DNA of 64,000 nucleotides from Aquabacterium sp. (GTDB lineage: Bacteria; Pseudomonadota; Gammaproteobacteria; Burkholderiales; Burkholderiaceae_C). A program made the position numbers and the translations under genes. Location: the NCBI RefSeq assembly GCF_023266355.1, contig NZ_JAHFQM010000001.1; one strand, 5' to 3'. This document shows positions 1 to 11,313 of the stretch, piece after piece. The notes below the pieces were generated by a model. The model searched no databases and was not told where the DNA came from. It saw only the letters and a program-made list of their open reading frames with translations. Every line of letters starts with the position of its first letter. The first letter of the stretch is position 1.

Positions 1-1874
1 CCAATGCCGGTGACCGCTCGCGTGTCGTGCTGAACCTGCGCCAGGCCACGACCTACCGCGCCGAGCTGCAAGGCAAGACGCTGATGGTCTACCTGGAGCC
101 CTCCGTGGCGTCGGCACCGGCCGCCGCACCCGCTGCGGTGCTGGCCAAGCCCCAGGCCGACAAGGCCGATGACGCCCTGCACTTTGCCGAGAACAAGAAC
201 GTCGCACCGCTGGCGCTCAAGGACATCGACTTCCGCCGTGGCCAGGATGGCGCCGGCCGCGTCGTGGTCGAGCTGCCCAACAACCAGGTCGGCGTGGACA
301 TCCGCCAGCAGGGCCAGTCCCTGGTGGTCGAGTTCGTGCGTGCGTCCTTGCCCGAGCGCCTGCGCAAGCGCTTCGACGTGGCCGACTTCGGCACCCCGGT
401 GCAGGCTGTCACGGCCACCCAGACGGGCGACCGCGTCAAGCTGGTGGTGAACCCGCGCGGCGACTGGGAGCACTCTGCCTACCAGAGCGACAACCAGTTC
501 GTGCTGGAAGTGCGCTCGCGCAAGGTGGACCCCAACAAGCTGACGCAAGGCCCGGGCTACTCGGGTGAGAAGCTCTCGCTGAACTTCCAGAACATCGAAG
601 TGCGCGCCCTGCTGCAGGTGATCGCCGACTTCACCAACTTCAACGTGGTGACGTCCGACACGGTCAACGGCAGCGTGACCCTGCGCCTGAAAGACGTGCC
701 TTGGGACCAGGCCCTGGACATCATCCTGCAGGCCAAGGGCCTGGGGGTGCGCAAGTCCGGCAATGTGCTGTGGATCGCGCCCAAGGACGAGATCAACGCC
801 AAGGAAAAAATCGACCTCGAAGCGAAGGCCCAGGTGGCCGCACTGGAGCCGCTGCGCAACCAGTCCTTCCAGCTCAACTACACCAAGGCCGAGGAAATCG
901 CCAAGGGCCTGACGGGCAGCCGAACGGGGGGCAGTGGTGGTTCGGGCAACAGCACCCGCATCCTGTCGCCGCGTGGCAGCGTGATCTTCGAGACGCGGAC
1001 CAACCAACTCTTCGTCAACGACATCCCGTCCAAGCTGGAAGAGATCCAGGCGATGATCGCCAAGATCGACATCCCGGTGCGCCAGGTGCTGATCGAGGCC
1101 CGCATCGTCGAGGCCGACGACAACTTCAGCCGCAACCTGGGCGTGCGCCTGGGCACGACCAACAAGACGGCGGTGGCGTCTTCGGGCAACCTGAACGTGG
1201 GCATCAATGGCAACTACTCCGGCACGGTGGCTTCGCCCGACCAGGGCCTGGGCGGTGTGTCGTCGGTGGCCAACAGCTACTTCGTGAACCTGCCCAGCCA
1301 GGGCATCAACGGTTTCAACGCGGCCACGGTGGGTGTGTCATTGTTCACCTCCAGTGTGAACCATGCGCTGAACCTGGAAATTTCCGCCCTGGAAGCCGAT
1401 GGCCGCGGCAAGATCGTGTCCAGCCCACGCGTCATCACGGCCGACCAGGTCAAGGCGCTGATCGAGCAGGGCACGGAACTGCCTTACCAGACGGCCACGT
1501 CCAGCGGCGCCACGGCCATCACCTTCCGCAAGGCCAACCTGAAGCTGGAAGTCACGCCCCAGATCACGCCCGAGGGCAGCATCATCCTGGACGTCGATGT
1601 GAACAAGGACAGCGTGGGTCAGGTGACCACCGCGGGCTTCGCGATCGACACCAAGCATGTTCAGACCCAGGTTCTGGTGGAAAATGGCGGCACGGTGGTG
1701 ATCGGCGGCATCTTCCAGCAGAGCGAAAGCAATGCCGAACAGCGCGTGCCGGTGCTGGGTGACATCCCTGTGCTGGGCAACCTGTTCAAGAACAACAGCC
1801 GCGCCACCAAACGCTCTGAATTGTTGATTTTCCTGACGCCCAAGGTGGTGTCGGAGAAGGCAGCCTTGCGCTGA
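1..1874 (+). CDS. pilQ: Type IV pilus secretin PilQ; 5' end lies upstream of the window
   Basis: Frame stays open back to nt 3 (NAGDRSRVVLNLRQ...). Secretin core motifs VLIEARIVEADDNFSRNLG, GGTVVIGGIFQQ, VPVLGDIPVLGNLFKN, ELLIFLTPKVV. Followed by aroK as in pilMNOPQ-aroK loci. Confidence 0.9.
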   Translation, partial: NAGDRSRVVLNLRQATTYRAELQGKTLMVYLEPSVASAPAAAPAAVLAKPQADKADDALHFAENKNVAPLALKDIDFRRGQDGAGRVVVELPNNQVGVDIRQQGQSLVVEFVRASLPERLRKRFDVADFGTPVQAVTATQTGDRVKLVVNPRGDWEHSAYQSDNQFVLEVRSRKVDPNKLTQGPGYSGEKLSLNFQNIEVRALLQVIADFTNFNVVTSDTVNGSVTLRLKDVPWDQALDIILQAKGLGVRKSGNVLWIAPKDEINAKEKIDLEAKAQVAALEPLRNQSFQLNYTKAEEIAKGLTGSRTGGSGGSGNSTRILSPRGSVIFETRTNQLFVNDIPSKLEEIQAMIAKIDIPVRQVLIEARIVEADDNFSRNLGVRLGTTNKTAVASSGNLNVGINGNYSGTVASPDQGLGGVSSVANSYFVNLPSQGINGFNAATVGVSLFTSSVNHALNLEISALEADGRGKIVSSPRVITADQVKALIEQGTELPYQTATSSGATAITFRKANLKLEVTPQITPEGSIILDVDVNKDSVGQVTTAGFAIDTKHVQTQVLVENGGTVVIGGIFQQSESNAEQRVPVLGDIPVLGNLFKNNSRATKRSELLIFLTPKVVSEKAALR

Positions 1875-1887
1875 CAGAAAGTGGCTT

Positions 1888-2460
1888 TTGAAATCGGTGG
1901 TTGCTTTGGTGGGCCTGCCGGGTGGCGGCAAGTCCACCGTCGGGCGGCAGTTGGCCCGGCGCTTGGGTGCGCGTTTCCTCGACGCTGACATCGTGCTGGA
2001 AGAACGGATCGGCATGCCGATCCGTGCCTATTTCGAGCAGCACGGTGAGGTGGCGTTCCGTGACCTGGAAGAGCAGGTGATCGACGAGCTCACCCGTGAG
2101 GGTGAGGCGCCCCTGGTGCTGGCCACGGGCGGCGGTTCGGTCCTGAGGCCGGCCAACCGGGCTTGCCTGCACGAGCGCACCACGGTGATTTACCTGCGCT
2201 CCACGCCCGAAGAGCTGTACCGGCGATTGCGCCACGACACCCAACGCCCCTTGCTGCAGGTCGCAGACCCGCTGGCCAAGCTGCGCGAGCTGTACGAGCA
2301 ACGCCACCCGCTTTACGACGAGGTGGCGCACTACCGTGTGGACACGGGGCGGCCTTCGGTGTCCACCCTGGTCAACATGATCATGATGCAGATGGACATG
2401 GCCGGGCTGTTGCCGGCCATGGGGCACGACGCCACTGTCAGCCCAGATCCAGCGCCTTGA
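1888..2460 (+). CDS. aroK: Shikimate kinase
   Basis: Walker [18 protein letters not shown], about 190 aa, canonical position after pilQ. Confidence 0.9.
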   Translation: MKSVVALVGLPGGGKSTVGRQLARRLGARFLDADIVLEERIGMPIRAYFEQHGEVAFRDLEEQVIDELTREGEAPLVLATGGGSVLRPANRACLHERTTVIYLRSTPEELYRRLRHDTQRPLLQVADPLAKLRELYEQRHPLYDEVAHYRVDTGRPSVSTLVNMIMMQMDMAGLLPAMGHDATVSPDPAP

Positions 2461-3325
2461 GGTAGGCGCGGAAGCCCGCACCGATCTGCGGGTGGCGAAG
2501 CGCCAGCTCGACGTTGGCCTCCAGGAAGCCTTCCTTGCTGCCGCAGTCGTAGCGCTTGCCTGCGTACTGGTAGGCGAAGACCTTCTCTGAGCGCAACAGC
2601 CCGGCGATGCCGTCGGTCAGCTGGATCTCGTTGCCCACGCCGCGCGGCTGCTGGCGGATCTGGTCGAAGACCGCGGGCGTCAGGATGTAGCGGCCGGCCA
2701 CGCCCAGGCGCGAGGGCGCTTTCTCGGGCGCTGGCTTTTCCACGATTTGCTGCACCTCGACCAGCCGCTCGCCCGCGGCCACGCCGGCCACGATGCCATA
2801 GCGCTTGGTGTGTTCGGCAGGCACTTCCTGCACGGCCAGGATGGAGGCTTGCAGCGTGTTGAACTGCTCGACCATCTGCGCCAGCACGGCCGGTTCGCCG
2901 ACCATCAGGTCGTCGGCCAGCAGCACGGCGAAGGGCTCACCACGCACCAGGCGTTCGCCGCACAGCACGGCGTGGCCCAGACCCAGGCTCTTGGGCTGGC
3001 GCACGAAGACGCACTCCATGTCGTCTGGCTTGATGGACTGCACCAGTTGCAGCAGCTCGTGCTTGCCGGCGAGTTCCAGCTCGTGTTCGAGCTCGAAGGC
3101 CATGTCGAAGTGGTCTTCGATGGGGCGCTTGTGGCGGCCCGTCACGAAGATCATCTCGCGGATGCCGGCAGCGTAGGCTTCTTCCACGGCGTACTGGATG
3201 AGGGGCTTGTCCACCACGGGCAGCATTTCCTTGGGCTGCGCCTTGGTGGCCGGCAGGAAGCGGGTGCCCAGGCCGGCCACCGGGAAGATGGCCTTGGTGA
3301 TGGGGGTGTTCGGGGCAAACGACAT
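2438..3325 (-). CDS. galU: UTP-glucose-1-phosphate uridylyltransferase
   Basis: N-terminus [48 protein letters not shown] at 3325 chosen inside the longer track ORF 2438..3421. 3' end overlaps the aroK 3' end by 23 nt (convergent). Confidence 0.9.
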   Translation of the reverse strand: MSFAPNTPITKAIFPVAGLGTRFLPATKAQPKEMLPVVDKPLIQYAVEEAYAAGIREMIFVTGRHKRPIEDHFDMAFELEHELELAGKHELLQLVQSIKPDDMECVFVRQPKSLGLGHAVLCGERLVRGEPFAVLLADDLMVGEPAVLAQMVEQFNTLQASILAVQEVPAEHTKRYGIVAGVAAGERLVEVQQIVEKPAPEKAPSRLGVAGRYILTPAVFDQIRQQPRGVGNEIQLTDGIAGLLRSEKVFAYQYAGKRYDCGSKEGFLEANVELALRHPQIGAGFRAYLKALDLG

Positions 3326-3341
3326 CGGTGTCCTTGTGAAC

Positions 3342-6215
3342 TCAGGCCAGGCGCTGCAGCTGGCCTTGCAGGCGCTCCAGCGTGGCGGAGAAGTCGGCCA
3401 CGCGGGCCTTTTCCTGTTCAACCACGGCGGCCGGGGCGCGGGCCACGAAGCTCTCGTTGCCCAGTTTGGCCTGCGCCTTGGCGATCTCGCCTTGCAGGCG
3501 GGTGATTTCCTTGCCCAGGCGGACCTTCTCGGCCTCGATGTCGATCTCGACGTGCAGAGCCAGGCGGGCTTCGCCGTGCACGGCCACCGGGGCCATGCTG
3601 GTGGCAGCGGCGAAAGCGGCTTCGTCCAGCAGCTGGACCTCGCTGAGCTTGCCTAGGGCCTGGAGGATGGGGGCGGCCTGGCGGATGAAATCTGCATCGC
3701 CGGTGGTGAGCAGGGGCACGCGCTCGGCGGGCGACAGGCTCATCTCGCTGCGCAGGTTGCGGGCGGTGCCGACCACGGCCTTGAGCTTGGCGACCCAGGC
3801 GTCGGACTCGGCGCACACGCGGCCCAGGTCGGGCAGCGGGTAGGGCGCCAGCACGAGGGTGTCGTCGCTGTCAGCCGCCTTGCGGCCGGCCACAGGGGCC
3901 ACGACCTGCCACAGCTCTTCGGTGATGAAGGGCGTGATGGGGTGCAGCAGGCGCAGCACGGTTTCCAGCACGCGGATCAGGGTGCGGCGGGTGGCGCGGG
4001 CCTTGGCTTCGTTGCCCTCGGCCTTGGCGGCGTTGAGCTGGGCCTTGGCGATCTCGATGTACCAGTCGCAGTACTCGTCCCAGACGAATTGGTAGATGGC
4101 ATTGGCGACGTTGTCCAGGCGCAGGTCGGTGAAGCCTTGCTCGACAGCGGCTTCCACGCGTTGCAGCTCCGACACGATCCATTTGTCAGCGGGGCTGAAG
4201 TTCAGGTACTCGCCCGTGACGCAGGCGCCGGGTGCGTGCTTGTCGAGACCGCAGTCCTGGCCCTCGGTGTTCATCAGCACGAACTTGGTGGCGTTCCAGA
4301 GCTTGTTGCAGAAGTTGCGGTAACCCTCGCAGCGCTTGGCGTCGAAGTTGATGGCGCGGCCCAGGCTGGCCAGTGCGGCGAAGGTGAAGCGCAGCGCATC
4401 GGCGCCGTAGCCGGGGATGCCTTCGGGGAACTCTTTTTCGGTGTTCTTGCGGACCTTCGGCGCGGTCTCGGGCTTGCGCAGGCCGGTGGTGCGCTTGTCC
4501 AGCAGCGGGCCCAGCTCGATGCCGTCGATCAGGTCCACCGGGTCCAGCACATTGCCTTCGGACTTGGACATCTTCTGGCCCTGGGCGTCGCGCACCAGGC
4601 CGTGGATGTAGACGTGCTTGAAGGGCACCTTGCCGGTGAAGTGCTTGGTCATCATGATCATCCGGGCGACCCAGAAGAAAATGATGTCGTAGCCGGTGAC
4701 CAGGACCGAGGAGGGCAGGAACAGGTCCATCTCCTGGGTCTGCTCGGGCCAGCCGAGGGTGGAGAAGGGCACCAGCGCGGACGAGTACCAGGTGTCGAGC
4801 ACGTCTTCGTCGCGGGTCAGCTCGCCGGTGTAGCCCGCGGCCACGGCCTTGGCGCGGGCCTCGTCTTCCGAGCGCGCCACGTAGATCTCGCCGTTGCTGC
4901 CGTACCAGGCCGGGATCTGGTGACCCCACCACAGCTGGCGGCTGATGCACCAGTCCTGGATGTTGTTCATCCACTGGTTGTAGGTGTTGACCCAGTTCTC
5001 GGGCACGAACTTGACGTCGCCGGAGGCCACGGCCTCGATGGCCTGATCGGCGATGCTGACCCCAGGCTCGCCATCCTTGGACGCGCCCGGCTTGGTCATG
5101 GCCACGAACCACTGGTCCGTCAGCATGGGCTCGATCACCTGGCCGGTGCGGGCACAGCGCGGCACCATCAGCTTGTGCTTCTTGACCTCGACCAGTTGGC
5201 CGTCGGCTTCGAGCTGGGCGACGATTTTCTTGCGGGCAACGAAGCGGTCCAGGCCGACGTACTCGGCGGGGATGTCGGTGGCTTCGTGCGCGCTGACCTT
5301 GGCTTCGAGGTCGAAGATGGTCAGCATGGGCAGGCTGTGGCGCAGGCCGACCTGGTAGTCGTTGGTGTCGTGGGCCGGGGTGACCTTGACGACGCCGGTG
5401 CCGAAGTCCTTGTCCACGTGCTCGTCGGCGATCACGGGCACCAGGCGGCCGGTGATGGGCAGCTTGACCTGTTGGCCGATGAGGGCGGTGTAGCGCTCGT
5501 CTTCGGGGTGGACCATGACGGCGGTGTCGCCCAGCAGGGTCTCGGGGCGGGTGGTGGCCACGACGAGGCTGTCGGCGCTGCCATCGACGGCATAACGGAT
5601 GTGCCACATCGAGCCGTCTTCTTCCTCGCTCTCGACTTCGAGGTCAGACACGGCGGATTTGAGGATCGGGTCCCAGCTCACCAGGCGCTTGCCGCGGTAG
5701 ATCAGGCCTTCCTCGTGCAGGCGCACGAAGGTCTCGACCACCACCTTGGAGAGCTTGTCGTCCATGGTGAAGTACTCGTGGTCCCAGGAGACCGAATCGC
5801 CCATGCGGCGCATCTGCTGGGTGATGGTCGAGCCCGATTGCTCCTTCCACTCCCAGACGCGGGCGACGAAGTTCTTGCGGCCCAGGTCGTGGCGGCTCTT
5901 CTCGCCTTCGATGCCCTTTTCCTGCAGCTGGCGCTCCACCACGATCTGCGTGGCGATGCCGGCGTGGTCGGTGCCGGGGATCCACAGCGTGTTGTGGCCC
6001 TTCATGCGGTGGTAGCGCGTCAACGAGTCCATGATGGTCTGGTTGAAGGCGTGGCCCATGTGCAGCGTGCCGGTGACGTTGGGCGGCGGCAGCTGGATGC
6101 AGAACGAAGGCTTGGACGCGTCCAGCGTGGGCTTGTAGAGGCCGCGTTGCTCCCACAGGGGGCCGTACTTGGCTTCGATGGGGCCGGGTTCGAAAGATTT
6201 GGCGAGTTCGGTCAT
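3342..6215 (-). CDS. valS: Valine-tRNA ligase
   Basis: Class I motifs TLHMGHAFN and KMSKS ([10 protein letters not shown]), C-terminal coiled coil. Start [10 protein letters not shown] at 6215; the upstream 134 codons of the track ORF look non-coding. Confidence 0.95.
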   Translation of the reverse strand: MTELAKSFEPGPIEAKYGPLWEQRGLYKPTLDASKPSFCIQLPPPNVTGTLHMGHAFNQTIMDSLTRYHRMKGHNTLWIPGTDHAGIATQIVVERQLQEKGIEGEKSRHDLGRKNFVARVWEWKEQSGSTITQQMRRMGDSVSWDHEYFTMDDKLSKVVVETFVRLHEEGLIYRGKRLVSWDPILKSAVSDLEVESEEEDGSMWHIRYAVDGSADSLVVATTRPETLLGDTAVMVHPEDERYTALIGQQVKLPITGRLVPVIADEHVDKDFGTGVVKVTPAHDTNDYQVGLRHSLPMLTIFDLEAKVSAHEATDIPAEYVGLDRFVARKKIVAQLEADGQLVEVKKHKLMVPRCARTGQVIEPMLTDQWFVAMTKPGASKDGEPGVSIADQAIEAVASGDVKFVPENWVNTYNQWMNNIQDWCISRQLWWGHQIPAWYGSNGEIYVARSEDEARAKAVAAGYTGELTRDEDVLDTWYSSALVPFSTLGWPEQTQEMDLFLPSSVLVTGYDIIFFWVARMIMMTKHFTGKVPFKHVYIHGLVRDAQGQKMSKSEGNVLDPVDLIDGIELGPLLDKRTTGLRKPETAPKVRKNTEKEFPEGIPGYGADALRFTFAALASLGRAINFDAKRCEGYRNFCNKLWNATKFVLMNTEGQDCGLDKHAPGACVTGEYLNFSPADKWIVSELQRVEAAVEQGFTDLRLDNVANAIYQFVWDEYCDWYIEIAKAQLNAAKAEGNEAKARATRRTLIRVLETVLRLLHPITPFITEELWQVVAPVAGRKAADSDDTLVLAPYPLPDLGRVCAESDAWVAKLKAVVGTARNLRSEMSLSPAERVPLLTTGDADFIRQAAPILQALGKLSEVQLLDEAAFAAATSMAPVAVHGEARLALHVEIDIEAEKVRLGKEITRLQGEIAKAQAKLGNESFVARAPAAVVEQEKARVADFSATLERLQGQLQRLA

Positions 6216-6507
6216 GGTGTGCGTGGAAGCTGCGGCCGCGGCGTCATGCGCCCGGGGGCGTGCATGGCAAAGCGCAAAGGTGGAGCCCGAGGGTGTCGCG
6301 CGTGGGCAAACCGTGATTTTAGGTCCGTGGCGGCGGGACGCGGGCCACCGACGCAGGGTGGACAAAATCTGAGCCAGATCAAGGGTGAGCTGGATACGCC
6401 AACAGTGCCATGGCGCAGGGGCTTGGCGTGTTGTGTGGATGGGCCTAGGATGAATCCGAGGGTGGCCTGAGGCGGGCCACCCAGGAATTTCGGACGGAGG
6501 GGCAACC

Positions 6508-6954
6508 ATGTACGAACATTTGCTGGTGCCGGTGGACGGCAGCGAGCTCTCCCACAAGGCCATGACGCACGCCATTGGCTTGGCCAAGATGCTGGGTGCA
6601 TCCATCACTGGGTTCACGGCCGAGCCCCCGCTGCCTGTGCTGGTGGTGGAGCAGGCCGCCGTGGCCTACGACGTGGCGACCTTCCAGGACCACGAAAAGC
6701 GCTGCGAGGCCCATGCCCGCGAACTGCTGCAGGCCTTTGCGGCCCAGGCCCAGGCGGCAGGCGTGCATTTCGATGGCCAATTCATCATCACCGACGACGT
6801 CCAGCAGGCCATCGTGGACCTGGCACGCAAGCAGGGCTGCGACCTCATCGTCATGGCCACGCACGGCCGCCACGGTCTGGACGCGCTGATCCACGGCAGC
6901 CTGACCAAGAGTGTGCTGGCACACAGCCAGGTGCCGCTGTTGGTGGTGCACTGA
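6508..6954 (+). CDS. Universal stress protein (UspA family)
   Basis: [14 protein letters not shown] ... [20 protein letters not shown], 148 aa. Confidence 0.85.
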   Translation: MYEHLLVPVDGSELSHKAMTHAIGLAKMLGASITGFTAEPPLPVLVVEQAAVAYDVATFQDHEKRCEAHARELLQAFAAQAQAAGVHFDGQFIITDDVQQAIVDLARKQGCDLIVMATHGRHGLDALIHGSLTKSVLAHSQVPLLVVH

Positions 6955-6964
6955 GCGGCTTTTT
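6933..6964 (+). terminator. Weak hairpin plus T5 at the end of the usp gene
   Basis: GCCGCT (6933-6938) pairs with AGCGGC (6954-6959) and is followed by TTTTT (6960-6964). Stem is only 6 bp and the loop is 15 nt. Confidence 0.25.
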
Positions 6965-7002
6965 GTCTTTCCCTTGTTTCCTTGACTTGAACGGAGAACA
7001 CC

Positions 7003-7314
7003 ATGAGCGATCTGAGCGCAGCCCAGAAGGACCAGTTGATGAACGACCTCAAGCGGGTGCTGGCCGATGCCGAAGCCCTGCTGGTCGCCACGGCCGATGA
7101 CACGGGCGAGGAGGTCACGCGCCTGCGCAGCCGCGTGACGGCGACGCTGTCCCAGGCCAAGACGGGCCTGATCGAGGCGCAAGCCGCGGTGGTGGACAAG
7201 GCCAAGGTCGCGGCCAAGGCCACCGACGAGTACGTGCACGACAACCCGTGGAAGTCGATCGGCATCGCCGCGGGCGTGGGCCTGCTGGTGGGCGCGATCA
7301 TCGGGCGCCGTTGA
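7003..7314 (+). CDS. ElaB/YqjD/DUF883-family membrane-anchored stress protein
   Basis: About 100 aa, helical N-terminal part, C-terminal anchor NPWKSIGIAAGVGLLVGAIIGRR typical of DUF883. Confidence 0.8.
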   Translation: MSDLSAAQKDQLMNDLKRVLADAEALLVATADDTGEEVTRLRSRVTATLSQAKTGLIEAQAAVVDKAKVAAKATDEYVHDNPWKSIGIAAGVGLLVGAIIGRR

Positions 7315-7721
7315 TGGCGGGTGCGCCTTTGCCCGGGCCTGAAGCTGGTGCGGCCGGCCTGGGCGCTTCCCTGCGCCAACTGGGCGGCACGCTGCTGGGC
7401 ATCGCCCACACGCGGCTCGACCTGCTCGCCACCGAGGTCGAGGAGGAGAAGCGCCGGCTGCTGTCCGTGATGGCCTGGGGCGCTTTCGGGGTGCTGATGG
7501 CCAGCGTCAGCCTGGTCTTCCTGGCCGCCTTCGTCAGCGTGCTGTTCTGGGACACCCACCGCCTGGGGGTGCTGGGCGGGCTGGTGCTGGCGTTTGCCGC
7601 CGCCTGCGCGCTGGCCTTCTGGCAAGTCCGGGTGCGCCTGCGCGAGTCCCAAGGCATGCTGCGCGACACCCTGGCCGAGTTGGACGCCGACCGCCAGGCC
7701 CTGCACAAAGGTGCCCCATGA
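7314..7721 (+). CDS. YqjE-like inner-membrane protein (phage-holin-3_6/DUF1469-like)
   Basis: ATG at 7314 overlaps the preceding stop (TGATG). Two hydrophobic helices (AWGAFGVLMASVSLVFLAAF, LGVLGGLVLAFAAACALAF). Position after the elaB-like gene as in the E. coli yqjD-yqjE-yqjK locus. Confidence 0.6.
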   Translation: MAGAPLPGPEAGAAGLGASLRQLGGTLLGIAHTRLDLLATEVEEEKRRLLSVMAWGAFGVLMASVSLVFLAAFVSVLFWDTHRLGVLGGLVLAFAAACALAFWQVRVRLRESQGMLRDTLAELDADRQALHKGAP

Positions 7722-8122
7722 GAACGCCTGTGAGCACGCCCGTGAGTGCGCCCGTGAGTACGCGCTACCCCGATCTGGCCCTCAAAAAGCGCCTGCTGCG
7801 CACGCACAGCGCCTTGCTGCGCCACCAACTGTCTGCCGACTGGCAGCAGACGGTGGCGCCGGTCCAGCGCGTGGCCGACCGGGCCCGCCAGGGGGCCCAC
7901 TGGTTGCGCGGCCATCCGGCCCTGGTGGCGGGCGTGGGCGCTGCCCTGCTGGTCTGGCGCCCATCTGCCATGTGGTTGCTGGCCCGCCGGGGGGTGTGGT
8001 TGTGGCAGGCGTGGCAGCGCGTTCAGCCCGTGCTGGTGCGGCTGGGGCTGCACGCGCCTCGACAGGAACCTCGCCAAGAACTGCGGCATGGGCACCAGCC
8101 CGAGCCGCCATCCCACCCTTGA
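7718..8122 (+). CDS. YqjK-like small protein (hypothetical)
   Basis: ATGA overlap with the preceding gene. One hydrophobic segment (HPALVAGVGAALLVW). Called by operon position only. Confidence 0.45.
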   Translation: MRTPVSTPVSAPVSTRYPDLALKKRLLRTHSALLRHQLSADWQQTVAPVQRVADRARQGAHWLRGHPALVAGVGAALLVWRPSAMWLLARRGVWLWQAWQRVQPVLVRLGLHAPRQEPRQELRHGHQPEPPSHP

Positions 8123-8128
8123 ACTGAA

Positions 8129-9496
8129 GTGCTTCCCATGGACGTGACCTTCTACGGCGCCACCGCCACCGTGACCGGCTCCAAGACCCTGGTGGAGGTG
8201 GGCGGTAAGCGCCTGCTGGTGGACTGTGGCCTCTTCCAGGGCTTCAAGACGCTGCGCGAGCGCAACTGGGCGCCGTTGCCTTTCGATCCGGCCACGCTGG
8301 ACGCGGTGTTGCTGACCCATGCCCACATCGACCACAGCGGGGCCCTGCCTTTGCTGATGCGCCAGGGCTTCCAGGGCCACATCTGGACGACCGCCGCCTC
8401 GGCCGAGTTGTGCAGCATCCTCTTGCAGGACACGGCCCACCTGCAGGAAGAAGAAGCGCGTTACCGCAACCGCCATGGCGCCACCAAGCACGCCCCGGCC
8501 GAGCCGCTCTACACCGTGCAGGACGCCAAGCACAGCCTGGAACACATGCGCGCACTCGGCCATGACGGCCTGCTGCAATTGGGCAACGGCGTGGAGGTGC
8601 AGTTCACCCCGGCCGGGCACATCCTGGGGGCCAGCAGCGTGCGCATCGCGCACGAGGGGCGCTCGGTGCTGTTCTCAGGCGACCTGGGCCGTGAAGACGA
8701 CCAGGTCATGCTGCCGCCGGCCACGGGGCAGGTGGCCGACTGGGTGGTGATCGAGTCCACTTATGGCGACCGCCAGCACATCGAACTCGACCCCACCGAG
8801 CAGCTGGGCGACATCGTGCGGCGCACGGCCGCACGCGGCGGCGTGGTCATCATCCCGGCCTTCGCCGTGGGGCGCACGCAAGGGCTGCTGTACGCGCTCT
8901 ACCGCCTCAAGCAGGCGCGGGCCATCCCCGACCTGCCCATCGTGCTGGACAGCCCCATGGGCATCGCGGCCACGGGGCTGTACCACCGACACAACGACCT
9001 GCATCGCCTCACCGACGAGGAGTGCGAGGGCATCCAGCACATGACGCGCTTCGTGCGCGATGTGGAAGAGTCCAAGGCGCTGATGCGCCAGCGCTACCCC
9101 ATGGTCATCATCGCGGGCAGCGGCATGGTCACGGGCGGGCGGGTGCTGCACCACCTGGCCAACTACGGGCCGCACACGCGCAACTCGGTCGTGCTCAGTG
9201 GCTTCCAGGCCGGCGGCACGCGCGGTGCATCGCTGGCCGAGGGCGCGAAGTCGGTCAAGCTGTTCGGCGAGTACGTGAGCATCCGCGCCGAGGTGTGCCA
9301 GATCGAGGGGCTCTCGGCCCATGCCGACCAGTCGGGCTTGCTGGCCTGGTTGAAGGCATTGGGCAAGGCGCCCCAGCAGGTCTTCGTCAACCATGGAGAG
9401 CCGCAGGCCGCCGACACCCTGCGCTTGCGCATCGCCGAGCAGCTGGGCTGGAAAGCCCGCGTGCCCGATTACCGCGAGACCTTCCGACTGGCCTGA
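8129..9496 (+). CDS. MBL-fold metallo-hydrolase of the beta-CASP (RNA-metabolising) type
   Basis: HxHxDH motif THAHIDHSGALP; about 450 aa, the usual beta-CASP length. Alternative ATG start at 8138 (MDVTFYG). Confidence 0.85.
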   Translation: MLPMDVTFYGATATVTGSKTLVEVGGKRLLVDCGLFQGFKTLRERNWAPLPFDPATLDAVLLTHAHIDHSGALPLLMRQGFQGHIWTTAASAELCSILLQDTAHLQEEEARYRNRHGATKHAPAEPLYTVQDAKHSLEHMRALGHDGLLQLGNGVEVQFTPAGHILGASSVRIAHEGRSVLFSGDLGREDDQVMLPPATGQVADWVVIESTYGDRQHIELDPTEQLGDIVRRTAARGGVVIIPAFAVGRTQGLLYALYRLKQARAIPDLPIVLDSPMGIAATGLYHRHNDLHRLTDEECEGIQHMTRFVRDVEESKALMRQRYPMVIIAGSGMVTGGRVLHHLANYGPHTRNSVVLSGFQAGGTRGASLAEGAKSVKLFGEYVSIRAEVCQIEGLSAHADQSGLLAWLKALGKAPQQVFVNHGEPQAADTLRLRIAEQLGWKARVPDYRETFRLA

Positions 9497-9520
9497 GGTC
9501 AGCTGCGCGCGCAGTGCCGC

Positions 9521-10522
9521 TCAGCGCTGCATGAAGAAGTCGCCGATGAGGTCGGTGGCCGAGATGGCGTTCGAGCCTTGCGCGCCGCCCAGCGGTTTGC
9601 GCCCGCCGGGCCAGCTGTGGCCGCCGGTCTCGGTCACGCAGAGTTTGACCTGCGCGCCGCCACGGCAACCGCTGTAGGCCTCGCAGTAGGCGCCAGGTAC
9701 CTCCAGCACGCGCTTCGGCTCGGGCTGGCAGCCGTTGAGCGATGCCCACTTGGCCATGTTGCGGGGCACGGAGACGAAGTCCGTCATCTGCGTGGCCTGG
9801 CTGCCCGCGCCGCCGTTGAAGAGCACGCGCTCGTCGTCGCGCGCATGGATGTGCAGCACCGACACCGGCCGCGAGGGCGCGCAGCTCAGGGTGTTGTCGG
9901 TGCCAGCCACCGCGGCGATGGCGGTGAAGCTGTCGGCCATCTCACAGGCCAGCCGGTAGGAGATCATCCCGCCGTTGGAGATGCCGGTGGCGAACACGTG
10001 GGCCGGGTCCACGTTGAGTTGCTGCTTGAGCCGCACCAGCAGGGCCCGCACGAAGCCGACGTCGTCGATGTCCTTGTCGCGCGCCGCGCCGCAGCAGGCG
10101 CCCGCGTTCCAGGTGGCCAGCTTGCCGCCGGGCAGCCGGCTGTAGCCGTTGGGGAAGACCACGACGTAGCCCAACTGGTCGGCCTTGCTGATCTGGCCGT
10201 AGTAGCGGTCGTTGGCCTGGATGTCCATGTTGCCACCGCCGCCGTGGAAGGCCAGCACCAGGGCCGTGGCTTGCTCTGGCTTGTGGCTGGGCGGCACGTG
10301 CACGCGGTAGTGGCGGGTCAGGCCGCCGTGCTGCAGGGTGAATTCATGGTCACCGGGCGCGGTGATGCGGGCGGCGGTGGGGGCTGTTTCCGGGGTGGTG
10401 CTGGAGGTGGTCTCGTGGCCCGGGAGGCGATCGCGCAGGCGCGCTTGTGCGGGCGCGGCGATCAGGGCCGCGCCAAGCAGCAGTGCCAAGCGCAACGACC
10501 GCAAGGTGTGAATGGGTGTCAT
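9521..10522 (-). CDS. Secreted PHB-depolymerase-family esterase (LpqC/COG3509-like)
   Basis: Start MTPIHTLRSLRLALLLGAALIAAPAQA (signal peptide) at 10522. AFHGGGGN, nucleophile elbow GISNGGM. The N-terminal 147 codons of the track ORF were discarded. Confidence 0.8.
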   Translation of the reverse strand: MTPIHTLRSLRLALLLGAALIAAPAQARLRDRLPGHETTSSTTPETAPTAARITAPGDHEFTLQHGGLTRHYRVHVPPSHKPEQATALVLAFHGGGGNMDIQANDRYYGQISKADQLGYVVVFPNGYSRLPGGKLATWNAGACCGAARDKDIDDVGFVRALLVRLKQQLNVDPAHVFATGISNGGMISYRLACEMADSFTAIAAVAGTDNTLSCAPSRPVSVLHIHARDDERVLFNGGAGSQATQMTDFVSVPRNMAKWASLNGCQPEPKRVLEVPGAYCEAYSGCRGGAQVKLCVTETGGHSWPGGRKPLGGAQGSNAISATDLIGDFFMQR

Positions 10523-11289
10523 GTGCGGGTGCCTTGTGTGGATTTGCCCAGCAGCGCACGCATGTCGTCGGCCGCCGGCACCAGGGCCAGCGACGCCAGC
10601 AGCAAGGCCAGGGGCAGGGTCATGGCGTAGCCCAGGTGCTTGAAGCCCATCGCACCGATCAGGCCGCCGAGGAAGAAGGCGCCGACCAGTGCGCTCAGCG
10701 TGCCCAGACGGCGCATGTTCACGCGCACCGGGGGGCTCACCGACTCGGGCATGCGGTTCCAGTAAAACAGCTTGCCCAGCTCGATGCCGATGTCCGTCAC
10801 CATGCCCGTGACGTGGGTGGTGCGGATTTCCGAGTTCGAAATCTTGGTGATGACGGCGTTTTGCAGGCCCATCATGAAGCACAGCACCACCACCGTGGCG
10901 GGCACGAAGTCCTCGCCGATCTCGGCCAGTTGCGAGCCCATCAGGCCGAACATCAGCATCCACAGCGCTTCGAGCAGCAAGGGCAGGGCGTACTGGCTGT
11001 GCAGGCTGTGGCGGCGCGCCAGGTTGACCAGCACCGCCGTGGTGGCCGCGCCCAGGATGAAGGACACCAGCCCGCCGAGCGCGCTCAGCACCAAGGGGAT
11101 GTTGCCCAGCACGATGTCATCGGCCATCGAGGACACCAGCCCCGTCATGTGCGAGGTGTACTGCCGCACCGCGAGGAAAGCGCCTGCGTTGGTGGCGCCT
11201 GCCACGAACGCCAGGGCGATGCCCAGGTGCCGGTTGGCGTCCGGCGTGCGTTCCCGACCGATGAGCCTGCGTGCGTATTCGAACAGCAT
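10519..11289 (-). CDS. DUF1275/YoaK-family membrane protein
   Basis: Polytopic; GATNAGAFLAVRQYTSHMTG motif. Stop overlaps the downstream esterase start (ATGA). Confidence 0.8.
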   Translation of the reverse strand: MLFEYARRLIGRERTPDANRHLGIALAFVAGATNAGAFLAVRQYTSHMTGLVSSMADDIVLGNIPLVLSALGGLVSFILGAATTAVLVNLARRHSLHSQYALPLLLEALWMLMFGLMGSQLAEIGEDFVPATVVVLCFMMGLQNAVITKISNSEIRTTHVTGMVTDIGIELGKLFYWNRMPESVSPPVRVNMRRLGTLSALVGAFFLGGLIGAMGFKHLGYAMTLPLALLLASLALVPAADDMRALLGKSTQGTRT

Positions 11290-11313
11290 GTTCCATTGTG
11301 GCGCAAGCCAGCG

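Noticed and set aside
1888-2460. aroK is not followed by aroB, unlike the common pilQ-aroK-aroB arrangement.
   Set aside because: It is a simple synteny difference with aroB presumably elsewhere, and nothing in the sequence suggests a deletion scar.
6216-6617. N-terminal extensions of track ORFs, for example valS to 6617, galU to 3421, esterase to 10963, GMC to 35413, OM channel to 37612, sigma-54 activator from 38680, mpl to 53545.
   Set aside because: Internal starts give canonical family N-termini, most with a Shine-Dalgarno-like purine-rich sequence or a start overlapping the upstream stop. The extensions are Arg/Pro-rich and overlap neighbouring genes or promoters.
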